A DNA stretch of 64,000 nucleotides from Minisyncoccia bacterium. GTDB taxonomy: Bacteria; Patescibacteriota; Minisyncoccia; Phycocordibacterales; UBA9973. This document shows, piece after piece, positions 1 to 10,184 of this stretch. The notes beneath the pieces are model-generated. The model saw only the letters and a program-made list of their open reading frames with translations, did not search any database and was not told the DNA's origin. Made by a program: the position numbers and the translations under genes. Within the stretch, counting starts at the first letter, position 1, and every line of letters begins with the position of its first letter. The stretch is taken from the NCBI GenBank assembly GCA_039809245.1, contig JBDHUP010000002.1:11188-75187 (forward strand), read 5' to 3'.

Positions 1-496
1 CTAAGTTTCTTAAGAAATCCTTCTTTCCTTCTGGAGTTTCTATATCTAAAGTATCCTCGGTCATGCGGATGAGATATTTCTTTATGAAATCCTCTTTCTT
101 CTCCATTGAGTCAGTCTCTAGGTGAACATTGTAAACCTTCTCTCTATCTAATGGAAATGTTTCGAGAACATACTCGAAAGATACACAGTGGTTCGCTTCT
201 TCGAACATTTGCTTCGCTAAGTATAAATGACACTCTGGAGATTTAATATAAGGATAAACTCCAAGAGCAAGAGAACGATTGACGATAAGTTCTGCTGGGT
301 TGAAAAACGCCATTAGAAATTCAACAGCGTGGCGTTCATCTTCTGTCATTGCTTTCCAGTCAACAAGATCTTCTCCTAATGCAATCTCATGCGGGAACCA
401 TGTATTTCGAACAGCTTGGTTGTAAAGTTCATATGCCCACTTGTAGTGCATAGGATGGAGGTTCATATCCTCCGGTGATGCTTTTCCTAAAATCAT
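1..496 (-). CDS. nrdB: Ribonucleotide reductase R2 (beta) subunit, 5' part only (runs off window start); class Ic-type residues
   Basis: Not in the ORF track. Manual translation from ATG 496: MILGKASPEDMNLHPMHYKWAYELYNQAVRNTWFPHEIAL...FFNPAELIVNRSL...KQMFEEANHCVSF. Lies directly downstream of nrdA. Confidence 0.93.
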   Translation of the reverse strand, partial: MILGKASPEDMNLHPMHYKWAYELYNQAVRNTWFPHEIALGEDLVDWKAMTEDERHAVEFLMAFFNPAELIVNRSLALGVYPYIKSPECHLYLAKQMFEEANHCVSFEYVLETFPLDREKVYNVHLETDSMEKKEDFIKKYLIRMTEDTLDIETPEGKKDFLRNL

Positions 497-505
497 ATAT
501 GTAAG

Positions 506-594
506 GCCGAGTAAATTCTTTTATGAAAAAATGTCTGGCCGAGTGTAAACACGAGGAGACCCGAGGACTTTTTTCAGAATAGAATTTACGAGGC
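506..594. repeat. Long imperfect inverted repeat in the nrdA-nrdB spacer
   Basis: GTAAATTCTTTTATGAAAAAATGTC (511-535) pairs with GACTTTTTTCAGAATAGAATTTAC (566-589), with outer GCC/GGC. Confidence 0.7.
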
Positions 595-611
595 AAATAA
601 ACTAATAATAA

Positions 612-3218
612 TTACTGACAACTTTCGCACAAAAACTTATCGTTTGGATCCTCAGGTAGGCATATATGCGAGGCTTCTTCTGATTCTTTAGTGGTAATTT
701 TAGCTACATCTGCTATGTTCTCTCCTTTTGGAAGAGGTGCTAGTGGTGTAATCTCGTTTAAAACAAGGTTAGATTCTTCTTTTACCTCTTCTGCTTCAGC
801 TTTCACTGGAGTACTACGAAGGGCTGCAAATCCACGACGTCCCATAGCTTCAGATTTATTAACTTTCGTTGTTGACTGTTCAGCAGTATGACGAGGCTTC
901 ATGTGTAAGTAGTAAGTAGTCTTGAGTCCTCGATCCCATGCACTTGTATAAATATTCATAATCTCATCTATATCGCGAATATCTAGATACATATTACGAG
1001 AGATTCCCATGTCTACCCATTTCTGTGCTCGTGCTGCAACTTCGATAAATGCATAAGGAGAAACTGAGAATGAAGTTTTATAAATGCGTTTGATATGATC
1101 TGGGATTTCTGCGATCTCACCTATATCTCCATGATGTTCTAGAATCTGTTCTCGAACTTTTTCCCAAAGATTTTCTTTCTGGAGAGCTTGGACTAGATTT
1201 GGATTTATCTCAAGATATTTACCAGAGATTTTATTTCGAGAGAACATCTGAGCAAATCTTGGATCGATACCTGGAGCTGTTCCGGCAACAAGACCTATGT
1301 TTGCATTTGGTGCAATAGCAAGTAGAGTTGCGTTTCGAATTCCCTTCTTTACTTTAGCTCGGACTTTATCCCAATCAAGAGCAGGTAACAACTTCGCTGA
1401 ATCTTTCTTTGTTAGAAGTTCGCGTCCACGCTCTTGTGCAAGTTTATCCATTGTATCGATTGGCACATGACCTTTCGCCCATTCTGAACCTTTGAAATTC
1501 TTGTAAGCACCACGCTCTTCTGCTAAGTCAGCAGATTCATCGATAGCCATGTATGAAATGAATTCGAAAACTTGATCAGAGAATTCAAATGCTTCCTTAT
1601 CTTCATATGAGTATCCAAGTTGTTCTATCGCATCAGAGAATCCCATGAGCCCGAGACCAACTGCACGATTCTCAGAGTCTGCGCGACGTGCTTCTGGTAT
1701 TGGAAGTTCATTTATATCTACCAAGTTATCGAGCTGACGAATTGCGAGGCGTGTACTGTCCTCTAGTCTGTGCCAGTCGATCTGACCATTCACTATATGA
1801 CGAGCTATGTTTATAGATACAAGATTACAGACAGCGACATTATCACGATCAGTTGGAAGAGTAACTTCTGTACATAGATTTGAGCAGTGGATAGTTCCAG
1901 TGTTGTTATTAAGCGCACGGACATTTATAGTATCCTTCCATGTAAGCCATGGATGTGAAGTAGTCTCAAGTGATACTAAGATGTTCTTGTACTGCTGTCG
2001 TGCTGGAAGAACGTTATATAGCTTGATCTTTCCAGACTTTGCCATCTCTACATACTCGTTATAACGCTTTGAGAACTCTTTACCATATAGCTCGTTTAGA
2101 TCAGCGACTTCTTTCGGATCAAATAAATACCAGTCGTCTCCTGCAAGGACACGCTTCATAAATTCATCTGATATGTAGACGGCTGTGTTCGCAGTTCGAG
2201 CACGACGATAATCATCTCCATTGTTTTGCTTAAGGTCTAAGAAGTCTTGAAAGTTAAGATGCCAGTTCTCCATATAGAAACATAGAGCACCTTTCTTCTT
2301 TCCTCCACGTTGTACTGCACGAACAGCAGAGTCGATGATGTGCATGAATGGAATCGGGCCCGATGAAACTGTGTTGTTTGATTTAAGAAGTGAACCTTCG
2401 GCGCGAAGTTTTGTAACTGAAAGTCCGATACCACCTGTCGCCTTTGAAAGAAGTAAAACGTCAGAAACAGTTTTACCAATGTGCTCCATATCATCATGAA
2501 TTTCCATTAGGAAACAGTTTGAAAGTTTTGGCTTTGGAGTTCCTGCTCCAATATTTGAAGATCCAGCAGAAAGATATTCGAGTGCAGACATCTTTGAATA
2601 AAACTTTTTCGCCCACTCTGTCGGATTTGATTCATTGAGTGACATTCCCATCGCAACTCTCATCCAGAAATATTGTGGAGTCTCGAGTGGAGCTTGCTTC
2701 TCATCTTTCATTAAGTAACGATTTAGCATTGTTGAGAGTCCAGAATATTTATAGAGATCGTCGTTAGCAACATTTAAACTCTCAGCGAGTACATCAAGAT
2801 CGAAAAGTGTTCCCATTCTTTTATCAAGAAGGTTCTTTTCTACTGCATCATTAATATATTCTTTGAAATGTTGAGCGTGTAGTCTATTAAATTCATCTTT
2901 TGTGATAACTGCAGCCTCATTATCAGGGTCATAGTCCCCCATTACTTTCTTATATATGACTTTCAATAGCAATCTTGTGGCTATTTTGTCGAACTCGAGG
3001 TCGTATTGAGTATTTTGAAGAGCAGCATTGATAGTCGCGAGATCTAATTCTTCAGTTGTAATACCATCGTAGAGAGTTAATCGTGTTTCTGTTGCGATTT
3101 GAATGACTTTACTTATTGGATCTGTCATTCCGTAACATGCACGTTCTATGGATTTGTTAATACGGTCAGCATTGAAGGATGCTTTCGTCCCGTCTCTCTT
3201 TGTGATGGTGATTGTCAT
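612..3218 (-). CDS. nrdA: Ribonucleoside-diphosphate reductase alpha subunit (class I) with N-terminal ATP cone
   Basis: ITKRDG ATP-cone start, LSNCF, SNLCTE active site, KTTYY, C-terminal CESC. Confidence 0.97.
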   Translation of the reverse strand: MTITITKRDGTKASFNADRINKSIERACYGMTDPISKVIQIATETRLTLYDGITTEELDLATINAALQNTQYDLEFDKIATRLLLKVIYKKVMGDYDPDNEAAVITKDEFNRLHAQHFKEYINDAVEKNLLDKRMGTLFDLDVLAESLNVANDDLYKYSGLSTMLNRYLMKDEKQAPLETPQYFWMRVAMGMSLNESNPTEWAKKFYSKMSALEYLSAGSSNIGAGTPKPKLSNCFLMEIHDDMEHIGKTVSDVLLLSKATGGIGLSVTKLRAEGSLLKSNNTVSSGPIPFMHIIDSAVRAVQRGGKKKGALCFYMENWHLNFQDFLDLKQNNGDDYRRARTANTAVYISDEFMKRVLAGDDWYLFDPKEVADLNELYGKEFSKRYNEYVEMAKSGKIKLYNVLPARQQYKNILVSLETTSHPWLTWKDTINVRALNNNTGTIHCSNLCTEVTLPTDRDNVAVCNLVSINIARHIVNGQIDWHRLEDSTRLAIRQLDNLVDINELPIPEARRADSENRAVGLGLMGFSDAIEQLGYSYEDKEAFEFSDQVFEFISYMAIDESADLAEERGAYKNFKGSEWAKGHVPIDTMDKLAQERGRELLTKKDSAKLLPALDWDKVRAKVKKGIRNATLLAIAPNANIGLVAGTAPGIDPRFAQMFSRNKISGKYLEINPNLVQALQKENLWEKVREQILEHHGDIGEIAEIPDHIKRIYKTSFSVSPYAFIEVAARAQKWVDMGISRNMYLDIRDIDEIMNIYTSAWDRGLKTTYYLHMKPRHTAEQSTTKVNKSEAMGRRGFAALRSTPVKAEAEEVKEESNLVLNEITPLAPLPKGENIADVAKITTKESEEASHICLPEDPNDKFLCESCQ

Positions 3219-3442
3219 ACTTTTTGAAAAAATTAATTGCTGCTTAATAATAGTTTTTAGTAGTTCGTGTCTCTCGGGAGTATATTATACTCTCTGGTTA
3301 ATAGATACGCCAAGTGAATAACGGAAAATTTAACAACTATGTCCTAACCTCATAAGTTCGTCAACCCTTCATAAAATTTATTTCAAAAAGTCCTTTTATA
3401 CTAGTCTATTTTCAGATAAAAATTGACATAAAATCACATAAA

Positions 3443-3482
3443 AGAAAATCTCCAAAAAATTAAATTTTCTTGGAGATTTTCT
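3443..3482. terminator. Intrinsic terminator-like hairpin downstream of the MFS gene
   Basis: AGAAAATCTCCAA...TTGGAGATTTTCT. Confidence 0.6.
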
Positions 3483-3562
3483 GACTGTTTTTTACTCACT
3501 TTTACTAGTACTATAGTACCTCAGCTTGATAACATTGCTCACAATAGACCTTCTTAAGACAA

Positions 3563-4804
3563 TTAAGACATATTTTGCTGCACAGGTTTGTACAACATTC
3601 GAAAAGCAATACCTGAACAGACTATTATAATAGAGGCTATTATAAGTGGAGTCGTAGGTAAGAGTGAAGCTGCAATAAATCCTGAGAGTATTGCAGGGAT
3701 AGCTTGAGCTAGAGCTTGCACAGAAGAGCTGATTCCCATTATTTCCCCTCTCTGATCAGATGGTGCTCGCTTTGAGAGCAAGCTGTTGATGTTGGCCATA
3801 GTCAGACCAGTACAGATAGAGAAGAATGGTGGAATCAAGAATAGTTGCCAAGCATGGTTGGGTAAGAAATATGCAAGTACCATAACTCCAGCTCCAAGCA
3901 GGGTCCAGCGTACAATTTTAAATTCTGGGAAGTACTTCACTGCTATCCTCGTAACTACGGCTTGGGTGAAGACACTCCAGAGCCCAACATAGGCAAAGAA
4001 GTCACCGATGTTGCCTTGAGTGAAATTAAATTTCTGAATCAAGAAAACTCCAAAGAAAGTTGTAAAAAAAGTAAATCCACCAAAGAAAAGGAAGTTCGTT
4101 AAGAATATTGAACTAAGTTCTGGCATTTTCATAGCTCTTTTGATATTTGAAATAGATTTACCCCAAGTAAGAGCCTCAGTTCTTAGATTATGATTTGTCT
4201 CAGGCACAAGGAATAGTACAGAGAGCATATTTATAGTTGCGAGTATCGCTGCGAAGTAGAACGGGGTCGCCGCATTGAACCATGATAAGACATGAGGATC
4301 AGAAAGTTTCCCTCCTATATATGGACCAAGGATAAACCCGAGCCCAAAAGCCGCTCCAAGCATCCCGAAGTTCTTGGCACGATTCTCCCCAGTAGAGACA
4401 TCCCCTATCATCGCCTGAGCTATTGAAATATTTCCACCAGTTACTCCATCAAAGAATCTTGAGAAGAAAAGGAGTGGAATATTTTTGGTAATAATACCTA
4501 TTGCGAAAAGTACATAAGAGATCGCTGTGCCGAATAGAGCGAGCCCTAAAATCTTCTTCCTGCCATACTTATCTGAAAGCTGACCAAGGATTGGAGTAGC
4601 CAAGAATTGCCCTATAGGATAGACAGCAATAAGTAGACCAAGTAGTAAATAGCCTTGGTTGATAGATGTACCCATCGGCAACATATACTCTATGGACAGA
4701 GGGTTGGCGAATAGCTGAGGAATGACAGGGATTAAAATACCGATCCCTAAGAGATCGATAAAAACTGTCAGAAATATAATTATCAGAATTTTACTTTTGA
4801 ACAT
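3563..4804 (-). CDS. MFS transporter, TetA/DHA1-like
   Basis: GQLSDKYGRK motif A, GAAFGLGFILGP motif C, about 12 hydrophobic segments. Confidence 0.92.
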   Translation of the reverse strand: MFKSKILIIIFLTVFIDLLGIGILIPVIPQLFANPLSIEYMLPMGTSINQGYLLLGLLIAVYPIGQFLATPILGQLSDKYGRKKILGLALFGTAISYVLFAIGIITKNIPLLFFSRFFDGVTGGNISIAQAMIGDVSTGENRAKNFGMLGAAFGLGFILGPYIGGKLSDPHVLSWFNAATPFYFAAILATINMLSVLFLVPETNHNLRTEALTWGKSISNIKRAMKMPELSSIFLTNFLFFGGFTFFTTFFGVFLIQKFNFTQGNIGDFFAYVGLWSVFTQAVVTRIAVKYFPEFKIVRWTLLGAGVMVLAYFLPNHAWQLFLIPPFFSICTGLTMANINSLLSKRAPSDQRGEIMGISSSVQALAQAIPAILSGFIAASLLPTTPLIIASIIIVCSGIAFRMLYKPVQQNMS

Positions 4805-4857
4805 TGATCTACTTTACCACATAGCGATTAACTAACAAAATATGTATACTATATGCT

Positions 4858-5775
4858 ATGGAAATTGGAACAATGATAGTAACAGTCTTGGGTTTATGCT
4901 TATTTGAAATCATTTCGAGTATTGATAATGCCGTCATAAACGCCGAAGTATTAAGCACTATGAGCCAAAAAGGAAGAAGGTGGTTCCTACTTTGGGGTTT
5001 CTTGTTCGCTGTTATACTTGTCCGCGGATTGCTCCCATGGATTATAATCTGGGCGACTGTTCCCTCTCTTGGTCCAATAGGTGCTTTTACAGCTACATTC
5101 TCTAATGATCCAAGTGTCCACACTGCTATAGACACTGCTTCACCTATTCTACTTATGGGTGGTGGAGTATTCCTGGTATTTCTATTCTTCCATTGGCTTT
5201 TCCTTGAGAAGAAAAATGTAGGATTAAAAAGTGAAGAATTCTTTCAGAAGCATGGAATCTGGTTCTATGCGATTGTATCAGTAATTCTATCAGTAATAGT
5301 CTGGTACACAATGAAGATAAATCCTATGCTTGCCTTTGGTGCTGTTATCGGCTCAACTGCGTTCTTTATTACTCATGGATTTAAAGAAAACGCTGAGAAG
5401 GGTGAAGAGAAATTATTAAGTGGTGACAACAAAATGAGTGATCTATCAAAAATACTCTACCTTGAAGTTATAGACGCAACATTCTCTATCGATGGAGTAC
5501 TTGGAGCATTTGCTTTCACACTATCTATCCCACTTATTATATTAGGTAATGGACTCGGTGCATTTATACTCCGCAGACTCACAATTGGTAATATTGATAA
5601 TATAAAAAAATACGCCTTCCTAAAGAATGGCGCAATGTATTCAATCTTTGCTCTTGGTGTCATTATGGTCACAGATGGATTCGGAGCCCATATTCCCGCT
5701 CTCCTATCCCCTATAGTTACATTTATAATAATCGGCTACTTCTTCTTCAAATCTAAAAAAGCTGCTATTCGATAG
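4858..5775 (+). CDS. DUF475 / TerC-like membrane protein
   Basis: EIISSIDNAVINA and YLEVIDATFSIDGVLGAFA motifs. Confidence 0.88.
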   Translation: MEIGTMIVTVLGLCLFEIISSIDNAVINAEVLSTMSQKGRRWFLLWGFLFAVILVRGLLPWIIIWATVPSLGPIGAFTATFSNDPSVHTAIDTASPILLMGGGVFLVFLFFHWLFLEKKNVGLKSEEFFQKHGIWFYAIVSVILSVIVWYTMKINPMLAFGAVIGSTAFFITHGFKENAEKGEEKLLSGDNKMSDLSKILYLEVIDATFSIDGVLGAFAFTLSIPLIILGNGLGAFILRRLTIGNIDNIKKYAFLKNGAMYSIFALGVIMVTDGFGAHIPALLSPIVTFIIIGYFFFKSKKAAIR

Positions 5776-5777
5776 AT

Positions 5778-6440
5778 TTATAATGTCTTCTCAGATTTCC
5801 AAGCCCTGTAAGACATATATAGGAATAGAAAGCACACTAGTATAAACGTCATAGCTTCAGCAAAGTGGGCTGAATGAGATAATGTCTTAAATGTATGACC
5901 AAAAAATCTGGCATCAGTGAATATGTCCCAGCTATTGAATCTTAGATAACGCCCTATGTATATACCCACACTAGCAAAAAAAATAATTACAGGAACACTA
6001 GTGTTTGCAACTTTCTTCGAAAATCTTTTCTTAAAGATATTTTCAATATGAAAAATTGAATACATCCCAAGTATTAACCCCGCCCAAGCTGAAGAGAACA
6101 AAAGAAAAGTATCAAAAAGTATTGGCGCTCCATGATTATTACCTATGTGAATGAGATCAGTCACTATATACGGAGCATTTGGTAAAAGTAAAATCCACAA
6201 TAGCAAACCTAATATAAGGAAGTGAATCTTTATATTACTTTTATTTGAATGCCAGAGTAAGATAGAACTCACAATGAAAGGAAGTATGGCTAAAAAGATA
6301 TTCCACAGAATATACACTAGGTAATCAGAACGGAAAACCAGAATGCGTAAAATGTTCAAGACAACTGCAAGCATTAAAAGAATACGTAAATCTTTTGGAA
6401 TACGTAGCATTGATGAATTATCTTTTTGTAGTGTATCCAT
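5778..6440 (-). CDS. DUF1361 family membrane protein
   Basis: WNIFLA, PNAPYIVTDLIH, GRYLRFNSWD. Confidence 0.88.
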   Translation of the reverse strand: MDTLQKDNSSMLRIPKDLRILLMLAVVLNILRILVFRSDYLVYILWNIFLAILPFIVSSILLWHSNKSNIKIHFLILGLLLWILLLPNAPYIVTDLIHIGNNHGAPILFDTFLLFSSAWAGLILGMYSIFHIENIFKKRFSKKVANTSVPVIIFFASVGIYIGRYLRFNSWDIFTDARFFGHTFKTLSHSAHFAEAMTFILVCFLFLYMSYRAWKSEKTL

Positions 6441-6443
6441 AAT

Positions 6444-6842
6444 TTATGACACAGTTGAAGTACAGAATGCGCATTTCTTTGCCTCTATTGGTATCTCGCT
6501 TATACATTCTGGACACTTCTTTGTAGTTGGATCAAGTGGAGCTTCTTTCTTGGTACGAGCGATTAGCGCATTTATAGGCTTAACAATGAAAAAGTAAACT
6601 ACGCCGGCAACGATAAGGAAGTTGATAGTCGCATTTAATAAGTTTCCATATTGAAAATGACTACCATTTATAGTGAAAGACAAATCAGAAAAGTCTGGAC
6701 TTTTGATAACAGCACTGATAAATGGAGTGATAATGTTGTCTACAAGGGACTTCACTATCGTAGTAAAAGCAGCTCCAATAACCACACCGACTGCTAAATC
6801 AACAACATTCCCACGTAAAATAAACTGTTTAAACCCTTTCAT
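6444..6842 (-). CDS. mscL: Large-conductance mechanosensitive channel with C-terminal Zn-ribbon
   Basis: FKQFILRGNVVDLAVGVVIGAAF; CPEC...CAFC tail. Confidence 0.95.
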   Translation of the reverse strand: MKGFKQFILRGNVVDLAVGVVIGAAFTTIVKSLVDNIITPFISAVIKSPDFSDLSFTINGSHFQYGNLLNATINFLIVAGVVYFFIVKPINALIARTKKEAPLDPTTKKCPECISEIPIEAKKCAFCTSTVS

Positions 6843-6910
6843 ATTATCATTCTATATTTATTACCTATAATATACGATTATATCAAGTAAAATAAGGATT
6901 GTATACTTAT

Positions 6911-6939
6911 TTGACATAAGCCATTAAATAGGTTAGAAT
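6911..6939 (+). promoter_or_regulatory. sigma70-type promoter
   Basis: TTGACA-N17-TAGAAT upstream of ORF 6985. Confidence 0.7.
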
Positions 6940-6984
6940 GCTAATGAAAAAGTAACTTACACAAATTAAACCCCTTAAAAGATT

Positions 6985-7455
6985 ATGGTAGAAATTGAAA
7001 GCAAGTTTGAACCAGGTAAATCAATCTGGCAAACTGAAATGAAAAAAATTACGATAAAAATGCTGAAGACTTATTGTGATCTATTTGATATCAACATTAA
7101 CAAGCATTTTTTAAAGAAATCAAAAACCATTAAAAAGTATGGGAAAAGGATTATACATATTAAAAAGTATTCCGTTCCTGGAGCCATGATATTGGACATG
7201 TTCCGACCAACGATCGAGAAGCTTAGTAAAGAAGATGCATCGTTCCCAATATCCATGATTAACAATATGGAATTTGGATGTGGAACAACCTCCGAAAATC
7301 CTATATTTACAAATGATGACTTAATCTTTAAAGTTCAGCAAATTTTTTATGATAATAAAAAATCCCATGAAAAAAAATTTGGTGGGAAGGTTGAAATTTA
7401 TAGAGATGATCATATTGTTTTTAAAGGAACTTTTGATTTTATTCAAAAGAAATAA
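6985..7455 (+). CDS. Hypothetical protein, probable MaoC-like hotdog fold
   Basis: ITIKMLKTYCDLFDININKH, VPGAMI and MEF...PIFTNDDL resemble MaoC dehydratase segments; catalytic motif degenerate. Confidence 0.5.
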   Translation: MVEIESKFEPGKSIWQTEMKKITIKMLKTYCDLFDININKHFLKKSKTIKKYGKRIIHIKKYSVPGAMILDMFRPTIEKLSKEDASFPISMINNMEFGCGTTSENPIFTNDDLIFKVQQIFYDNKKSHEKKFGGKVEIYRDDHIVFKGTFDFIQKK

Positions 7456-7508
7456 TCCCTATGTTCACTTGCTAACCCGTGCGCAGACTATGTCTGCCAC
7501 GGTTTTTT

Positions 7509-10151
7509 TTATTTAATTAGTGAAAGTTTTTGATTACTTATTTTAAAACGGATATGTTCAACTTTGCGCAGTATGTATTTTAGTCCTTCAACAAGAAGGA
7601 CATTAAACAAAATCCAAAAGATAATAATAGGAAGTGAATACATTGGTAGTGGGGCAAGGTTAAATATATGCCTCATAAAAGGTATAGCCATAGTAATAAC
7701 CAGAACTACAAGTGATATTACTATACTCCAGTTTAATTTCCTGTTTGAGAAGATATGATATGAAAAGATCGAATTATGAAGACTTCTAAATGAGAAAGAT
7801 GCCGCAAACAGATAAGAAGCAAAACAGACGAAGAATATAGATCTAGCTTCTGCAATATTTGGAATTAATTTTATTAGAATATCATAGAGTACTAGTAGTG
7901 ATAGTGAAGTTAGAATACCGATGCTAAGAGTTAATATCTTTACTTCTCTAGTAAATATTTGTTTTGATTCATTTTTTGAAAATCTCTTCTTATCCATATT
8001 ATCATCAAAAGCAAAAGCAAGTGAAGGCAGACTTCCGGTAAATAGATTAACCCATATTATCTGCAGAGCGGTTAGAGGTAGAGCAATGCCCATAATCAGA
8101 CTTCCCCCTATTACAAGCACCTCGTCGAAAGACGTAGCTATAAGGTAAACAACCGTCTTTCTTATATTGGCCAAGATTTTATGCCCTTCATCTATAGATA
8201 GACTAATAGTCTCAAAGTTATCATCAAGCAAGACTAGATCAGCCGCTGATTTAGCGACATCACTTCCAGATCCAAGTGATATACCTATATCCATAGCTTT
8301 AAGGGCTGGAGCATCATTAACTCCATCCCCTGTCATAGCAACTACCTCACCAAGTCTCTGATACAGTCTTCCAATTCTAAGTTTATCTTCTGGTGTTACT
8401 CTAGCGAATATTTTAATCTTAGAAATTATGGCGAGTAATTCTTCGTCGGATAAATCTCTTATCTCCCCACCAGTTAGAACTTCGTTTTCTTCTACTTTCC
8501 AATCCAAACTCCGTGCTACAGAGATTGCTGTTCCTTTTAAGTCTCCTGTGACAAGAACCATTTTTATCCCATGAGACTCAATATTCTTAATAGCTTGTGG
8601 AACTTCAGTCCTTATAGGGTCAAAAAATATCAGCATTCCCATAAAATCCAAATCTTTTACTTCTTCAAGTGTTATATGTTTCTTGATATGCTTTTTCGGG
8701 AAAGTGGCAAGACCTATTAAGCGTTTACCATCCCGACTTGTAGTTTCAATCCATTCCTGAATTTTTAAATATTCCTCTTTTGAGACATTTGATCTTTTAA
8801 GCAATACATCAGGCGCACCCATGGCTATATACATTCCATCTTTCTCCGCAATCGAAAACTTATTAGTAGAATTAAAAGGCAGAACCAAATAAGACGAACC
8901 AGCAAGTATCGAATCAAGTGGTACATTATGGTTTAAACATGCTTTAGCGATATTTATTTCAAATGGTCTCCCATGGAAAGTCCAATCAACTCTATTCTTT
9001 TCTTGATTCTCAATCGAGACATCAACATTAAGTGATGCAAATTCTAATATTTTCTTTTGATCACTAGAAAATATTTTATTATCAGAACTCTTGTTACCAG
9101 AGAGTACCGAAGTCTTAGTATCTATACCCACTAGTTGCATATCAGCAAGTGTAAGAGTTCCTGTTTTATCAGTCATGATCAAAGTCGTCGAACCTAATGT
9201 TTCTGCAGCAGATAGCTTACGAATAATTCCTTTTTTATTAGCTATACGTAAAGCTCCCATAGCAAGTATGACAGTTAGAGTAATAGGTAAAGCTTCAGGC
9301 ACAGCTCCAACAGCAACAGCAGAAGATAAAACGAGCATTGGCAGTAAACTTTCCCCTCTTAAAAGACCGAGTACTAAAATACCGATAACTACCACAATAA
9401 CGACAATAAATATAAGCCAGGCAAGTTGATTGATTCCTTTCTGTAGTGGGGTCTCGACTCTTTTGGTTGCTGAGACAATACTCGCAATCTTCCCTATTTC
9501 TGTTGAATCACCAGTTGCATATATTATAGCTGTAGCATAACCTTGAACAACTAGAGTTCCAGCATGAGCTATATTTTTTCTTTCAGATACTGGTAGAGCT
9601 GGTGGAACTAATTCTTCATTTTTTTCAATTGGAATAGATTCCCCAGTAAGAATAGCTTCATCTACTTGAAAATTATTTACTGCAATAATACGGGCATCAG
9701 CTGGTATTCTCATACCATATGAAAGCTTAATTATGTCTCCAGGCACGAGTAAGCTTGAATCAACTTCTTGTTCAACTCCATTACGTATAATTCTGGATCG
9801 ATCTTTGATATAAGTAGTTAACTTTTCTAAGGTATTTTCAGCATGAAATTCATGATAGAACCCAAGTGCAACATTCATTAGAATAGCAAAAATAATTACA
9901 ATCATATCTATCCATTCAGAAAGGACTCCTGTCAGAACTACAGCTCCAACAAGTAGAAATATAAGTGGACTTAAAAACTGCTTTAAAAATAGTGCTACAG
10001 GACTTTGTTTTTCTTTCTTATGAAAAGTATTTGTGCCGTATTTTGATATTCTAGCTTGAGCCTCTTTGTCTGATAGACCAGTATTGGCTGTATTTAAAAG
10101 CTTTATGACTTCATCTTCACTAAGAGACCATGGGGATAAAATTTCCTGCAT
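7509..10151 (-). CDS. Cation-transporting P-type ATPase (type IIA-like)
   Basis: [26 protein letters not shown]. Confidence 0.95.
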   Translation of the reverse strand: MQEILSPWSLSEDEVIKLLNTANTGLSDKEAQARISKYGTNTFHKKEKQSPVALFLKQFLSPLIFLLVGAVVLTGVLSEWIDMIVIIFAILMNVALGFYHEFHAENTLEKLTTYIKDRSRIIRNGVEQEVDSSLLVPGDIIKLSYGMRIPADARIIAVNNFQVDEAILTGESIPIEKNEELVPPALPVSERKNIAHAGTLVVQGYATAIIYATGDSTEIGKIASIVSATKRVETPLQKGINQLAWLIFIVVIVVVIGILVLGLLRGESLLPMLVLSSAVAVGAVPEALPITLTVILAMGALRIANKKGIIRKLSAAETLGSTTLIMTDKTGTLTLADMQLVGIDTKTSVLSGNKSSDNKIFSSDQKKILEFASLNVDVSIENQEKNRVDWTFHGRPFEINIAKACLNHNVPLDSILAGSSYLVLPFNSTNKFSIAEKDGMYIAMGAPDVLLKRSNVSKEEYLKIQEWIETTSRDGKRLIGLATFPKKHIKKHITLEEVKDLDFMGMLIFFDPIRTEVPQAIKNIESHGIKMVLVTGDLKGTAISVARSLDWKVEENEVLTGGEIRDLSDEELLAIISKIKIFARVTPEDKLRIGRLYQRLGEVVAMTGDGVNDAPALKAMDIGISLGSGSDVAKSAADLVLLDDNFETISLSIDEGHKILANIRKTVVYLIATSFDEVLVIGGSLIMGIALPLTALQIIWVNLFTGSLPSLAFAFDDNMDKKRFSKNESKQIFTREVKILTLSIGILTSLSLLVLYDILIKLIPNIAEARSIFFVCFASYLFAASFSFRSLHNSIFSYHIFSNRKLNWSIVISLVVLVITMAIPFMRHIFNLAPLPMYSLPIIIFWILFNVLLVEGLKYILRKVEHIRFKISNQKLSLIK

Positions 10152-10184
10152 TTTTACATTCTAGCATAGAAATGATATTTGATT

